Of a stretch of 64,000 bases of DNA, positions 1-13,677 are shown in pieces. The DNA lies in contig JAQFVV010000006.1 of the NCBI GenBank assembly GCA_028023455.1, positions 930,001 through 994,000 of the forward strand, written 5' to 3'. Source of the DNA: Epiperipatus broadwayi (Eukaryota; Animalia; Onychophora). Position 1 is the stretch's first letter; each line of letters starts with the position of its first letter. Below the pieces are notes generated by a model that made no database searches, had not been told where the DNA came from, and was given only the letters and a program-made list of their open reading frames with translations. The position numbers and the translations under genes are program-made.

Positions 1-390
1 AAACGAAGTCAAGAATATCTCAGCAATTAAGCCCAGATAAACCTGTTAGCCACTTTCTTTTACATTCCCCACTCTAAATTTACCCATAATCTGCTCTATC
101 CCATTTCCACAACATAATTTTTGTCAACTCTATAACCTTTATATCTAAATCCCCCTTATCTTTTCCCAAACCTAGCATAAAAACCAATAATTCACTTTCT
201 GTATAATCACTCTTTTCATATTTATTTTTCCACAACTTCATTATATGTACCCTTTCTGTTTTCAAACATTTACATTCAATTAACAAATGCCTAATATTTT
301 CAATTCCTTCCTTACATAATTTACAAAATAAATCACCCATATTTTTCCATTTACATGTATATTCTTTTGTAGCTGGAGATTGCAAAGCAC
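1..390 (-). mobile_element. 3' fragment of a non-LTR retrotransposon (LINE), C-terminal CxxC...HxxxxC region; continues past the window start
   Basis: ORF 80-385 CKLCKEGIENIRHLLIEC; same sequence at 2903, 20195, 35712 and 42096, the last of which carries RT motifs. Confidence 0.85.
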
Positions 391-803
391 GACTCCTTGC
401 GGTTTATTGCACAAGTTATAAGAACCAATATATGAATTTTTAATAACAAAATAACTATTCGGATGAAGCATTGACTTGAATTATCTGCCAATTTGAGAGG
501 GTGGAGGTTACCATTACTTCATCCCAATATTTACGTTTGTTTTTAAACAAAAAAAGGAATATGATAATGTGTTCATTGATCATAGGTATTAGATATTTAA
601 AACCATCTTTTATATCTGAAGACTAAGACATGTGAACTGATGTGTTTCTTTACCTTTTATTGTCATTTTATATTTGTTTACTTTTAACTCATACAGAAAA
701 ATCTTGATAATACTTCTTAATCTTATTATAACATGATTTACCTTTATAACCTGTCTAGAATTGCCCTATTTAAGATTTATTGTCTACTGTATTACTTTGA
801 ATT

Positions 804-1160
804 TCAGCCATCCTTAAATTTATGTTGCAGTAGGATTTTAAAATTGGAAATTGGAAAAAAAAAGATTTTAGAACATACTTTAGTTTTAATCAAAACCGTC
901 TCTCTTGTTATTGGTAAACTCTTAATATGTAATTTCTTTATATAAGATATAAGAACCGCATCATTTGCAAAATATCTTCCATTTTTAGGCCCCAAAAATG
1001 ATTTTCTGTGTTTTTTATACTTAAATGTCTTCTCCTTCGTGGCTCTCCAATGATGAAAATTTCTTTCATCAACTGTAAATCCTTTACCAGTTGCATGATA
1101 TCCAATTTCTTTGGTGCACAATATAACTTTTCTTTTGAATTCAGCATCTTATGTAAACTG
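804..1160 (-). pseudogene. pogo/Tigger-like transposase N-terminal fragment (Brinker-type DBD plus start of CENP-B HTH)
   Basis: KEIGYHATGKGFTVDERNFHHWR...KSFLGPKNGRY...YIKKL...LPITRE resembles the POGK-type N-terminus; no DDE region seen. Confidence 0.7.
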
Positions 1161-1872
1161 TTTTCCCTTCATTAATGAGTATGAATAATAAAAAAAACTC
1201 AAAAATAAAATATGGCCATATACAATATGATTAATATAGTCAATTTAAAATGAAATTGAAATAGGCAACTCACTATAAATAAAAATATTATTTAATACAT
1301 CAATCTGGTTTTTCATTCCTTAATGGAACCTTTTAAAGATGTTTCTTTTTACACAATCACATGACCAATTACCTTACCACAACACCTCCCAATTGACATT
1401 ATTGACATTACATTACAATAAATATAATTACTAAAATACATACATAAAACATAATTAGTGAAATACGTATATATATACATAAAAATTATTAAACTTATTA
1501 CAGTCCTTTCCCCCCTCATAATATATATATAAATAATCTTTAAAAAAAACAACAATAATAATCCCTTCTACTTTTAAAATTGTAACTCTAAAGTTTCCAA
1601 TAATCTATCCCCTTCACCCCCAATTGTACTGGACCTTTAACCATGTTTACACATTTGTTTAAATTTGCTTGAATATATAAAGTCTCATAACATTTTTTCT
1701 TTATAATTTTTAATATACTTTTATTATCTGAATATTTTGTTCCCAATTCATTTTATGTGCAGTATCCAAAGAAGATATATATGGCTCTGATCTTATATCT
1801 TTTCATTGCCTTATCATGCTCGTTACCTCTTTCCATGGCAGTCTTTATTGTGTGTGTGTATATATATATGAT

Positions 1873-2747
1873 TTCTCCAAAACTCTTTTCAGCAGTGCTG
1901 CAAGAAGTATTTTGTGGATTAAAATGGGAAACTAAAGGAGTGAAAGTAAATGGAGAGTATTTAAGTCATTTAGATTTCGCAGATGATGTAGTTGTTTTTG
2001 CAAATAATGCTTCAGAGCTGCAGGAAATGTTGCAGGAGTTAGCAGATGAAAGTAGAAAAGTAGGACTAAAGATAAATGTTAAAAAGACTAAAGTAATGTT
2101 TAATCGATTTGCTCAAAATATGAAAATAAAGATTGATTATGAAGAATTAGAAGAAGTTAACAGTTACAAATACCTTGGTCAGATTATAAATACAGATGGA
2201 AACATAATGGAGGAAATTAATCATAGAATTAAACTTGGTTGGAGTGCTTTTGGTAGAAATAACTTGATACTAAAAGGAAATATGCCTATGTGTTTGAAAA
2301 GGATGGTTTTTAACAAATGTGTTTTACCAGTTCTTACTTATGGATCTGAGACTTGGACACTTAATAGAAGAGCAATACAGAGTCTTCAGACCACTCAAAG
2401 GAGTATGGAGAGATGTATGTTGGGAGTAACAAGAAGAGATCGAAAACGCAATGTATGGGTAAGACAACAAACAGGTGTTACTGACCTTATTGAAAAAATT
2501 AAAAGATTGAAATGGAGTTGGGCTGGACATATTTCTAGAAGAGATGATAATAGATGGACAATTGAAATTTTAAACTGGATTACAAGAGATTGTAAAAGAC
2601 CCAGAAAGAGACCACATGTGAGATGGATGGATGAAATAAGAAAATGTGCAGGGGTGTTGTGGAGAAGAGAAGCTAAATATCGGAGATGGATTAAATTTGA
2701 AGAGACTTCATCCTGCAGTGGATTGATAATGGTTGATGATGATGATG
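1873..2747 (+). mobile_element. 5'-truncated RTE-clade LINE (RT 3' half, open frame)
   Basis: SPKLF, HLDFADD, YKYLGQ, VLTYGSETW, WAGHI and RW.DEIRK motifs in ORF 1757-2755; (GAT)n tail; candidate 9-bp TSD atatatgat at 1864-1872 and 2748-2756. Confidence 0.93.
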
Positions 2748-2902
2748 ATATATGATCGCCAGATGGAGCTTTACCAATAGCTTCTAAACAAGCCTTTTGT
2801 TTACATAAACAACAAGAGAGAGACAGAACTCAACATCTCTTTCGAAAGAGATATTGAATTCCACCCCCCCCCCAATGCCCAAGCAAACAGAAAAAGCCTG
2901 TG

Positions 2903-3222
2903 ATGTGATGTATTATGGCTTCTCCTTAAATGAAGTCAAGAATATCTCAGCAATTATGCCCAGATAAACCTGTTAGCCACTTTATTTTACATTCCCCACT
3001 CTAAATTTACCCATAATCTGCTCTATCCCATTTCCACAACATAATCTTTATCAATTCTATAACCTTTATATCTAAATCCCACTTATTTTTTCCCAAACCC
3101 AGCATAAAAACCAATAATTCATTTTCTGTATAATCACTCTTTTCATATTTATTTTTCCACAACTTCATTATATGTACCCTTTCTGTTTTCAAACATTTAC
3201 ATTCAATTAACAAATGCTCCAT
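2903..3222 (-). mobile_element. LINE 3' end with (ACATC)n tail, same family as 1-390
   Basis: Near-identical to 1-290; plus strand begins gtgatgtgatgta; ORF EHLLIECKCLKTER. Confidence 0.88.
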
Positions 3223-4584
3223 CTAGTGATCATAAATTGCAAGCTAGAGCAAGTTCCAAAATTTATAACTTGTTTTGTTTATCATATATATGTATATATA
3301 TTATATTGCAAAAGTCACAACTAATTTTATAAACAAACCCTACCCTACTTTTAATATTACCCATCTTTTTTGAGTTACACATCCATTTCTCTAAATATTT
3401 ATTATTTTCCCATTCTATCTTAATATCATCAGGTGACTTTTCTTTTATCAATGTCTTATATAAATGCTCTGAATATGGAATTGAAATCCACTTCCTATTT
3501 TTATATCTATACATTACACTATCTTTTGTATTATTATTATTTCTGAGAAAAATTTTAATAGCTTTTCTTTTATATCACATACTACCATAATCATTCTTAA
3601 CTTCCAATTTCTGTTCAAATGTTTCTTTTATATTCAATATTAACCAATCATTTCTTAACTTAAACTCTTTCAAAATTGCCATTTTCTGTGATCATGGCAA
3701 ATATGAGTTTGGATCAATTCAGAAAAGTGATAACAGGGAATCCCCTGAATAAACTATCAACAATCATAATACTATGTGCATGCATAGAATGTAAAGCAAA
3801 GACTTAATTGTTAGTGAATGGGAGATCAGAAAGAAGATATTAAAATATTCTAAGCTGCACCCTAATTTTATGACTCTTTGAATAAAAATTGCAGCTTAAA
3901 TTCAAAGTAATATGGTAATTGCTTATGAATAGCAAAAAGATTTAAAAAAAAAAAAATTAATACTTTGATAGTTATGTAATTAGAAAGGTGAACTGAGGTA
4001 CAGCACAGATTATTTCATTACATGAATATAACCACTGCAACTAAGTTAGCTGCATATAAAACTGTTATTTTACTTATTGTATGGATGTGAAACTAGGACA
4101 TTTTATTGATACAATAGAAAGGCATTAGGAAATTTTTTTTAAAAGATACTTTAAAATTTTTAAAATATAATGAGATTATAAAACCAATTAATATATTCTT
4201 CAACGTGTTGGATTTGATATTATATAGTCCACTATTACAAAATCATACCTTCATTTGATCGGACATAAAAAATGAATAATCATCGAATGGTAAGAGGATG
4301 TTATATAATAAGTTTTAGGATAGTTTCAGGCGGATCGTGTTTGTTTTATAAAGAACAAATTATTTTTTGTAGTTATTTATTATTTTTCGAGTCCGGAATT
4401 AATTAAAAATTGATTAAAAATCCTCAAAAAGTGAAGCTGAACAAGAAATTAAAAGCTTTTAATATATTTTGAAAACCATTCTGGTGAAATTGTTACTATA
4501 CATTACTATTATCATAGCATTCCAATTCCTTTAATACTATATATTTAAGATACACAGTTTAGATTGACAAACAATATTTTCACA

Positions 4585-4860
4585 GAGACAAAACTCTCCC
4601 CACAACCACACCACTCAGTGCATGCCAGAGCAATCAATGGATGCATGAAGGTTTGTGTCTAAAATCTCCATCCAACATCCCCTTTTCCAGCCTGTGGCTC
4701 CCATCAGTGAGGAGCATATTCTGGGGATTTGGATGAGTAGGCACTAGGTAGAGGATTTTATTCATCTCCAAGGCTCATCTCTGATGAAAGCCACAAGCCG
4801 GAAACGAATATGTGGACACTGGAATGAGCAGGCATTAGATATGGATTTTATGCACAAACT
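4585..4860. mobile_element. Family-1 HHR-bearing fold-back element, degenerate
   Basis: Homologous to 23190-24109 (caaaactctcc...caatcaatggatgc...taaaat); CTGATGA at 4781-4787 and GAAA at 4801-4804 with eroded stems; second eroded core on the minus strand near 4680-4715. Confidence 0.7.
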
Positions 4861-5751
4861 TACTCCGGCTTACACTGACTGGCGCCACTGCACGGAGAGC
4901 CCTGCATCTGCGAAACACAGCTTGTGTAAGCATAAAGAATTGTGATTATTTAATATTTCTATAGCTTGAAGCCATGAGTGATCATAAGATTTATTCCCTT
5001 CCCCGCTCTCAATAGGATTGATAGATTCTTTTTTAATTTAAATTTTTTGTGCAGGTTACAATAGTTGATTTAATTAAGGCCGAAACACTGAAAAATTCCA
5101 GTGAGCTGTATGTATACAATGAATGGTATGCTTATATACGATCAAAATTAAAGTATAGATGATCTCATTCCATACTTACGTTTTCAGACGGTTAGTTTAA
5201 GTAGAGCTCCCTGGAATTTCCGTATTTACGCATTAATGTCATCTACATTCAAACTATCAAAAACTTGTATTTATAATAAATGACTTAATACTTCTTTTTT
5301 ACATTTTATTCAACAATTAACTATTTTAACTTCTTCAAAGTGTATGTGTTCAGATGCATATCTTTTCCTTAGGGCATTTGAAAATTGGTAGCGGTTAATA
5401 TATCATTTGTATATATTGAGGATGAATTAAAACTATTTACTTCTTCACTTTTGTCTTTATTTATTAATGTCTTCTATTGAATGAAAGAATATTGCCATAT
5501 TTGTTCTATGCTTCCTTAATTGATTAACTTCTTACTATTTCCTTGATTTTATTATCAGCCTTGAGATTGATTTAGGTCAACGCAACACACACATATATAT
5601 ATTACTACTACTCAATATAATTTCTTGCATTCACAGCCTTAACCTTTTTCATTTCGAGTAGTGATTGTAATATCATACCTAGACCAGATATAAATTATAT
5701 ATTAAAGTTAACAACTAACATTATTTTAGTAAACAAACAAAATATATAAGG

Positions 5752-5874
5752 GATTCGAACTCAGACTTTCACATGACTCTCAACTCTCCAAGCCATCCCA
5801 TATGCGATCAGGTAGATCGGCAATACAAGATGGCTTGGAGAATTGAGGGTCGTGTGAAAGTCTGAGTTCGAATC
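5752..5874. repeat. Hairpin with 46-bp arms ending in a tRNA B-box-like GAGTTCGAATC
   Basis: 5752-5797 is the reverse complement of 5829-5874 with about 3 mismatches. Confidence 0.9.
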
Positions 5875-6404
5875 TTTCATGTATTACATTATACGTGCAG
5901 GTAGGTGTGAGTCTGTACAGTGTATTAAACAAGAAATAATAACGCTTATCTGGATGCACACATTTACAAAATAATAACTAGGAGATGGGGAGAATTTGAG
6001 GTTCTTCGCATCACATATTGCTTTAGAATTGTTAATCAATTAAAAATTGATATATTGTTAGGAATGATATAATTTCTAATCTTTAACCTATTAAAGATAA
6101 TTAGTAATAATCATTAACGATTTTATCTAAAATAAACTGTATCCATAGTTGTAAGTGGATCAAATTTGATTTCATCGATACATTGTAATATATTAATATC
6201 CGTAAATATTGAAAAAATGTAACAAGAACAAGTGAAAGATTATTTTCTGCTGCAATTAAAAAGTAAGAAATACATTTTAGGAATAATATATTTTGTCATT
6301 TATATCTATTTCTACATTTTAAGAATAAAACAGCGTGTCAATGTTATGTGATGCACTGTGGCTTCTTTATCCGAGTAAGGAATCTCGCAGCCACAGCAAA
6401 CTAT

Positions 6405-6530
6405 AATAGTTTCATTCGGGGCACGCTATAGTTATCAATGGATGCAAGAAGGTTTGATCATAAAATACCTATCTGCGGACTCTTCATCCAATATTTCCAA
6501 ACTAGTATCTAATTTACACTGGAGGGAGAG
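6405..6530 (-). mobile_element. Family-1 element fragment
   Basis: atcaatggatgcaagaaggtttgatcataaaat...catccaatatttccaaactagt matches family 1. Confidence 0.6.
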
Positions 6531-7637
6531 GCACTGCTATTTTAGATTGTGGAGGCATAAGAAATGGTGGTAGTTTGATGTTTAATTTTTAAGAATGTAT
6601 GGTAGAATAGAAGTTTTAAATAAATGTAAGCGAAAACCAAATGCCTAGATAAATTTGTAAGCATGTCGGTAAAAACTTATTATTTAAAAACCATTTGTAC
6701 GTGTGCATAAAATTAGTACACGTGTACGTGTATATGTGTGTGCCTAAAATCAACATACATATATATTGAATGTAAAATTGTAATTAATCAGCAAATAAAG
6801 ACAACATAAAATAAATACTTAAATTTTTTATTAAATAAAAAAATATCAAAATGATTTGAAAATAGATTCCACTTTTTAAAATATCTATTTAGTATGAAAA
6901 ATCCATCTTGTGACTGAAATAACAAACTTTTGAGTAACCATAGTAACAGATTGATTGATAGCTAAGTGAAAATCTACATCACCAGATGATGATATTAACT
7001 TACTATCATTCTATTGTAATATAAATTGTTTGTCTTCAAATCAAAACATCGTAAAATGGGTATCTCAGTGTATTAAATCTATTCGTTATTCTTTTCAAGA
7101 AATCAAGATTTAAAAATCTTCTGCACTAGCCGGAATCTATAGGAATCTTCATCACAGAAAGCAAACTTTAATTACTTCAGTGGAAATTCTAAGGTTTCAT
7201 AGAGACCGATTTGAGTGATTACTTCATTAATCATTGTAAAAAATTAGACGAGATCCAAATAAACTGAACTTTTAAGCATCTCGACCTTTAGATATTTGCT
7301 AAATAAAAATATAGTTTCTTTAAAACAATCCATTCTTTTGGTTTTGTAATAACAAAAGGTATTCAACTTCTGTCAACATATGGTGTGAATATTTGTCTAA
7401 AATCGGGAAAATATAGAAGTCTGGTTTTCAGGTATGTCAAATTCGGTGCAATAAGTCACATTTCAGGATAAAGAAAATTAAAAGAAGTCTGTCTTTTATT
7501 ACAAAGACTAACATTCCTTCTGGTATCAATTTGTCGTGAAGTACAGTTGGCATTTTAAGAGATTTTATCTCAATTGGTACTAGCAGTGGCATCGTGAAAT
7601 AATTTCCATTTCATGTCACTGTTAAATATTGTTTACT

Positions 7638-7843
7638 TCTGAACTACGATGCTCTCTAATGGGACATCATCAACCTTCTCAAATGAAATATACGTGCTCG
7701 AAGTATACGTGCTCGATGGAATAACAAATATGCCATCCAACATATCTACGAATGCTCGTTTCCTCAACCAAAGAAACGTCAGGAAAATGGCAATGCTGAC
7801 AAGAGCCACGTATATAAACACAACTGCAAGGCTGCCCATGAGA
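7638..7843 (-). CDS. Candidate isolated exon encoding a transmembrane helix followed by a basic stop-transfer motif
   Basis: MGSLAVVFIYVALVSIAIFLTFLWLRKR; acceptor-like tcattcttcactccag upstream, donor-like AA|gtaaac downstream; locally GC-richer; no partner exons found. Confidence 0.3.
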
Positions 7844-8311
7844 CTGGAGTGAAGAATGATTTTCCAAAACCTTCTTCAATAAAAATTTCCAAGAAGCTGA
7901 AAAATATTGCTGCTTGAATCTAAGCAAAAATACAGCTGTGACGTCATAATAGAAAGTCACTATTTATTATTATTCAATAAAATTATATATATTATTATCT
8001 TGAATAAACATTTATTTTTTATAATTATTTATTTTTAAGTCGTTAATACTTGATTGGAATTTTTTTTAAAAATATATATATATATACACGAAAAATTCTT
8101 TCGTTGTAGTAAGACGTTTTATTAAAGAATGATATGTATGCAAGTATAATAAAAAGAAAAACACACTTATTTAAATGTTATTAATAGACTTAATTTTGTC
8201 AATAAACTGATTATTTATTATTATTATTATTTTTAATCGCTTATCTATTATTTGAAGTTTAAGTATTCCCAACAACAAACTCTTGTAAACCAGGATAGCA
8301 ATTCTAATTCC

Positions 8312-9602
8312 GGTACTTGGGAAACCAAGGAAAGATAGGAGGACTTTTCACATTCGTATCAATACACTGCTAACTTTTTAATGTTGTTATTTTGGCAATG
8401 CCAAATATTATAAAGTTAGCAATGCTTTGATACGAATGTGAAAAGTCATCCTATTTTTCCTTGGTTGCAGAAATAATACTCAATACAGTTTTACAAAGAC
8501 AAAAAATAAAATAAAAAATATTACATGAGATAAACACGTATTTATGAATTCTACACGGACGCAAGCTAACTTTTGCCACTTACTTAATTTGATCAATTTC
8601 AACAAAAAAAAATGTGGTCCGTGTTGCAGGAGAAAAAAAAAGCCAACATAAATATATATTTTTATAAAAGTAAATATATTCTATGAAATATATACTTACG
8701 CAGACGATTCTTGAATACAAAATGGTGATGGTCAGTAGCACCCCCCCCCCCAAACGTCCTTCCTCCTTCTCCGAAAAAGTTGTCGAACAAGTGATTGACC
8801 AGTACATGCTCTAAATGGAATACTGCCAGGCAATCTAATTTTTCGAATAAACAAATAAGTCCTTCTGTCTTTCCTTGGTTGCAGAAATAATACTAAATAG
8901 TTTTACAAAAACAAAAAAAATATTATGAGATATACACGTACTTTTACAAATTGTATACGGACACAAACTAACTTTTGATGCTTACTTAATTCGATCAATT
9001 TAAAAAAAAAAATACGTGGTCTGTAAAAAAAAAGCCAACATAAATATATTTTTATAAAAGTAAAAAAGAAAAAATATTTATGAAATATACACTTATGCAG
9101 ACGATTTTTACATACAAAATGGCGATTGTCAGTAGTACCCCTCCCCCTCCCACAGTCCTTTCTATTTCTCCGAAAGATTTGTGGAACAAATGATTGCCCA
9201 GTACATGCTCTAAATGGAATTCTGCTAGGCAATCTAATTTTTGGAATAAACAAATAACAAAGTCAACGTCTTCATTCAATTACAAGTAAATAATAAACTT
9301 TTAATTCAAAGTCAAAAACGCAGAAGTCATTCAATAACCAAGTTGAAATTGGAAAAAAAAACACAGAAGTAAATAATGCATTTGAAATTAAAAATGTTAA
9401 AGTGTCCAAAAAAGCACCTATATAATAGTTTCGGTTGACACGTTTCAAAGCACATTTTGTGCCCGTTCAAAAACACGTTTTTTGACGAGGAAAAAAACTC
9501 AAATCGCAAGGGTTTATTTAATGTTCGCAACATTATGCCTTTATCGTGTATGTAAAAAGTCGTCCTATCTTTCCTAGGTTGCAGCAATAATACCCAAGTA
9601 CC
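8312..9602. mobile_element. Non-autonomous TIR DNA transposon, Merlin-like
   Basis: Termini GGTACTTGGG and CCCAAGTACC; exact 8-bp TSD ctaattcc at 8304-8311 and 9603-9610; subterminal motif ccaaggaaagatagga repeated; internal ~410-bp tandem duplication (about 8440-8850 vs 8860-9260). Confidence 0.85.
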
Positions 9603-11008
9603 CTAATTCCACACTCACATACACACACACACAGAAAGAGGAATAAAATATTAGTGATGTGGTTTAAGTAATAATACAATAAATAAGTCTGCATAGCATT
9701 TTTTTAAATATGTATATTTAATAATTTTCAGTGGTATTTCTTACATCTCATCTTGCCTTTCAATAATGCACTACTCCAGATCATGTCTTATCTTGATCAG
9801 ATTGAGCATTCACCATCTCGAACTAATGCACGTACAAATAAATAACACATAGCCAATGGCAAGAATGGGCCAATACATGATGATGCCCACTGAATCCGAA
9901 TGTTTTTAATTAAGGATGGGAATCTGGCAATAAATAATCAAGTTTTTTCAAATAGGCTCAGAGAACTACTGTCACAGAACTGACAGACACCGACACCAGG
10001 CAAGCTGTCATATATAGCCGAAAGTGTCACCAGGCCTACTCACAAAGCAGGCTGTTACAGAACAGCTAGAAATAGTAGAAAATCTATAAAGGCACATGAA
10101 ATCCCTTCTGCCGTAGTTCACCTTACATTTAGGAGCTATACCTCAACAACTGTTGCCTCTGGAATGTGTCCATTATAAATATAATGTAAATGCACAAATA
10201 ATTCTGAAGAGAAATATACTTTCTTAAGTATTTAAAAACTTTACATAATTGGGTGTTCTTAATGAATCATGTAAGAACTGCTGAATACACATAACCAACT
10301 TTACCAGTCACAGCTTAATTTCAAATCTTGCTAATGACATGGTTCCAAAATTGAGTCATTTTACTTGACCAAATACATAAAATCAATACATAAACCATAA
10401 TTTGACTCCTGCATTTTTCTCTTATCAAAACTTGATGTCTCTACTGTTCCTTGCTTCTCTAAAACCACCCTAAATCACTGAAATATCTCCATGTGAAAGC
10501 AAGTTATCCAACAAGTATTTTTAAACTACTTATTATCATAAACAACTATTAATCGTTTAACAACTTTACAAGTCTTTTTTACCTTTGGAATGTAATTAAT
10601 AGGAATGATAAAGGTAACTTTTAAGATAAGTAAGAACAGTATCCTGAACCATATATATAATTCTTAAAAATGATCAGTGAATTTGAACTAAAATATGATC
10701 ACCCATATTTTAAACTTTTCAGGCATCTTCCTCAGATCCTGCTTCTAGTTTTGGAATTACAAAACGCTCTTGTGACTTCACTAAGCTAGATTTTTTGTTC
10801 GAACTATATCTTTAAGTGACTCCATTCATGTATTATTATTCAAAAGATATCAAAATAATTTTTCTACTTGTTAGAAATTTTATTAAACTTTAGAGGAAGT
10901 CTTTCAATAATTAAAAATAATTTTATTTTAACAAAAGATTTTTTATTGTATTATTTACTTTATATATATCTAATTATAAATTTATTTAATGCACATTGAT
11001 TAAGTAAT

Positions 11009-11160
11009 ATTTACTAGGGCAATAAACCTAAAGCATGTGCGGTTGAAAATCCGAAGGTAGGGACCTCTACAGGTCGCGTAAGCTTGTGGTTAAGACCTGT
11101 AGAGGTCCCTACCTTCGCATTTTCAACCGCACATGCTTTAGGTTTATTGCCTTAGTAAAT
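11009..11160. repeat. Near-perfect hairpin, 67-bp arms, 18-nt loop
   Basis: 11009-11075 is the reverse complement of 11094-11160 with 2 differences. Confidence 0.95.
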
Positions 11161-13241
11161 AGATCTAATTAGTAATATTAAAGGAAGAATTATCACACAT
11201 TTTAATTAATTCTATTGATTTATTTAAATTATCATTTTTTAATTCTATTGATTTATTATAATTATTTTTTATCTATAAAATAATAGCATAAAGACAGAAT
11301 GTATGTTTATAGGAAATAAAGTACTATACATAGACTGGAGATTGGTGTCTTTCATAATTGGAGATGGTGTCATTCATAATTAATCTTTAATTTCCAAAAT
11401 GGTTAGCCCTCAATTCTTTTCAATATATATATATATATACATTCAAGGGTCATAATGACATCTGTCTATAAAAATGTTGTAATTATAACAATGAACACCA
11501 AGCAAGGTTCTTTAAAATAAAAGGTTCTATGCATCTATTATTTAGTTATATGCTATAAAAGTTTATCTTATTGGTCATATTTTAATCAGGTGCCTGACCA
11601 CATTTTTCCATCGTGAACAATCATGTACGGAATGGGGGGAGGGGGAGAATTAGAAGGTTAATAGTGTTAAATTGGGGTAGTATTGTTGAGATTATCAACA
11701 AGCGTTTTTGGAAATGAAAGTTGCACTTAAAAAATTAAGATATGGTGTAATAAAAAAAAAATTATGGATGAGATGGAATATAATTTTTTAAGGGTTGATT
11801 TCGTCTTCTAATCATCAGCGAATATAATCTGCATATCTTATATAAAAAATTGTATAAGTGATATATGATTTGATCATCATCATAAATCTTAATTAAATCT
11901 AATAATGCTATCTGGATAAGGGATACTTTAAGAAAAAATTAATACCAGGGTAAATATTTAGAATATTCTACCCATATATGTAAAATTAAATTGCAAGACA
12001 ACAGAATAGGAAAGTGCCATGTTAACCATATAAAAACACTTTATTGAGCTGACAGATAATGATTGGGAATATTAGCTTGTTACAGTCCATGATGAAAATT
12101 CTTTAAATAAGAATGAAGATATTAAGATGAATGTGTTTAACAACACTAAGATTGAATAGAAGAAAAATCTTGGAGACATAAAGTTGAAGAAAAAATTCTT
12201 AGTCTAAATTTACAGAAACCATATACTTTTTCAAACAGTAAATTACCTATTGAAGAGGAAAGACCTGTGCCAATTAGGACAATAGTTAGTCTACAAACAA
12301 AAAAAAATTGTTTAAATAATATATCAATTTGGCAAATAAAAAAGGGTTATAAACAGAAATAAATAATCAGAACAAAAGATTACATTTTTAGTATTCAGTA
12401 TAGAAAATGCATTTTAATAAAAAAATTGATTAACAACTGAATTTTTATCAGTACGATGAATTCTGAAAAATAAAAGCATTTGCAAAAAAACTATTTGTTA
12501 AAACATTAAAATTTCAATTATTATTGCAAAGAAAAAACAATAAAAAAGAGTGAGGACAGTTTTGGAAATGAGCATTATTTAAGTTTTAAAGTTTCCTGCT
12601 TAAAAAAAAATGAATATTTTCAAATCAAAGCTGAATTGTAAGGATATCACAAAACTGCTGAGGTAGAAATATTTAATTAAATTTTACAAAAATAAGAATG
12701 TATTGATAAACAAATTTGGTGTAAAGTTGGGCTGTCTGATATAGCTAAAGTCAAATATGAATTGAGATGGAACTCTAGTGGCGCCATCTGGGAAAACAAA
12801 CAGATAAATTTCTAGATGCTTCCAGTCTCTATGGCGCTACATCCTCTGATGAGCATGAAATATTGTTGTAGGTGGGATGATGTTTGCATTGTGGAATGCC
12901 AATTGATAGTTTCTTTCTACAATATGCTCATCAGGAAATAAAACCAACCAAGATTGGGGTTGGGTATCCATCTGGTTACAATATATATATATGCTGCCAT
13001 TATTTCATGAGGTTTATATTAGTATTTATGTAAACCTAATATATATTCACGGTACCATTAATGCAAATTTAAATATGAAACAAGTTATAGAATAACTTTT
13101 TTAAGCTTGCAATCACTCTTAAAAAGATAAAAATGAAACATGGGAGCACTGAATCATAGTTTTGGACTCCTTACCTTATCAGCTATGTTGCATTTCAGAC
13201 TCTATTTTTTAATTAACAATTTAATAGTACTTAGATATCTG

Positions 13242-13677
13242 AAGGTTTATGATGATGGTGTTTTAGTTGTATTTTTATATTAGACTATTTCCATCATCTA
13301 ATATGAGTATTAAATGTCTTTAGAAAAAATTAACTTTATTTAAATATTCCAAATACATTCAACTGTTAGTGATATCACATCAAACAGGTTAGCATATGCA
13401 CAAACATTTTGAGATGTATTATTCTCTCCTCTTCTTCAGGTATTGCTGGCCTGACCAGTGACAGTACTGGCATGAGATTCGATCCTGGACCCTTAGTTTC
13501 TTGAGTATTGAATTTTTAGGTAACACTCTAACAAACTGAGCCATCCTGTCAAAGGCAAGTGTTTGATATGCTATTACTAACAGTTGAATGTATTTGGAAT
13601 ATTCAAATAAAGTTAATTTTTTCTAAAGATATTCAATATTCATATAAGATGATGGAAATAATCCAATATAAAAATAC
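13242..13677. mobile_element. Fold-back insertion with ~119-bp arms enclosing a tRNA-derived head
   Basis: 13266-13385 is inverted relative to 13561-13680; 14-bp direct repeat tacttagatatctg at 13228-13241 and 13678-13691. Confidence 0.75.
13445..13550 (-). mobile_element. tRNA-derived SINE head
   Basis: Minus strand TGGCTCAGTTTGTTAGAG (A box-like) ... GGGTCCAGGATCGAATC (B box-like). Confidence 0.6.

Noticed and set aside
1757-1872. Hydrophobic N-terminus of the 332-aa ORF as a signal peptide or TM fusion
   Set aside because: It lies upstream of the RTE truncation point and TSD, in TG/TA-rich host DNA with a non-ATG start; chance in-frame read-through.
3240-3560. ORF 3263-3514 as a LINE C-terminal remnant
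   Set aside because: Only a CxxC-like motif; too little to assign.
9975-10045. HHR-like gcc-GAAA-gtgtc
   Set aside because: No CUGANGA core at a usable distance upstream.
10140-10760. piggyBac-like transposase remnant
   Set aside because: Motif order is inconsistent and frames are broken.
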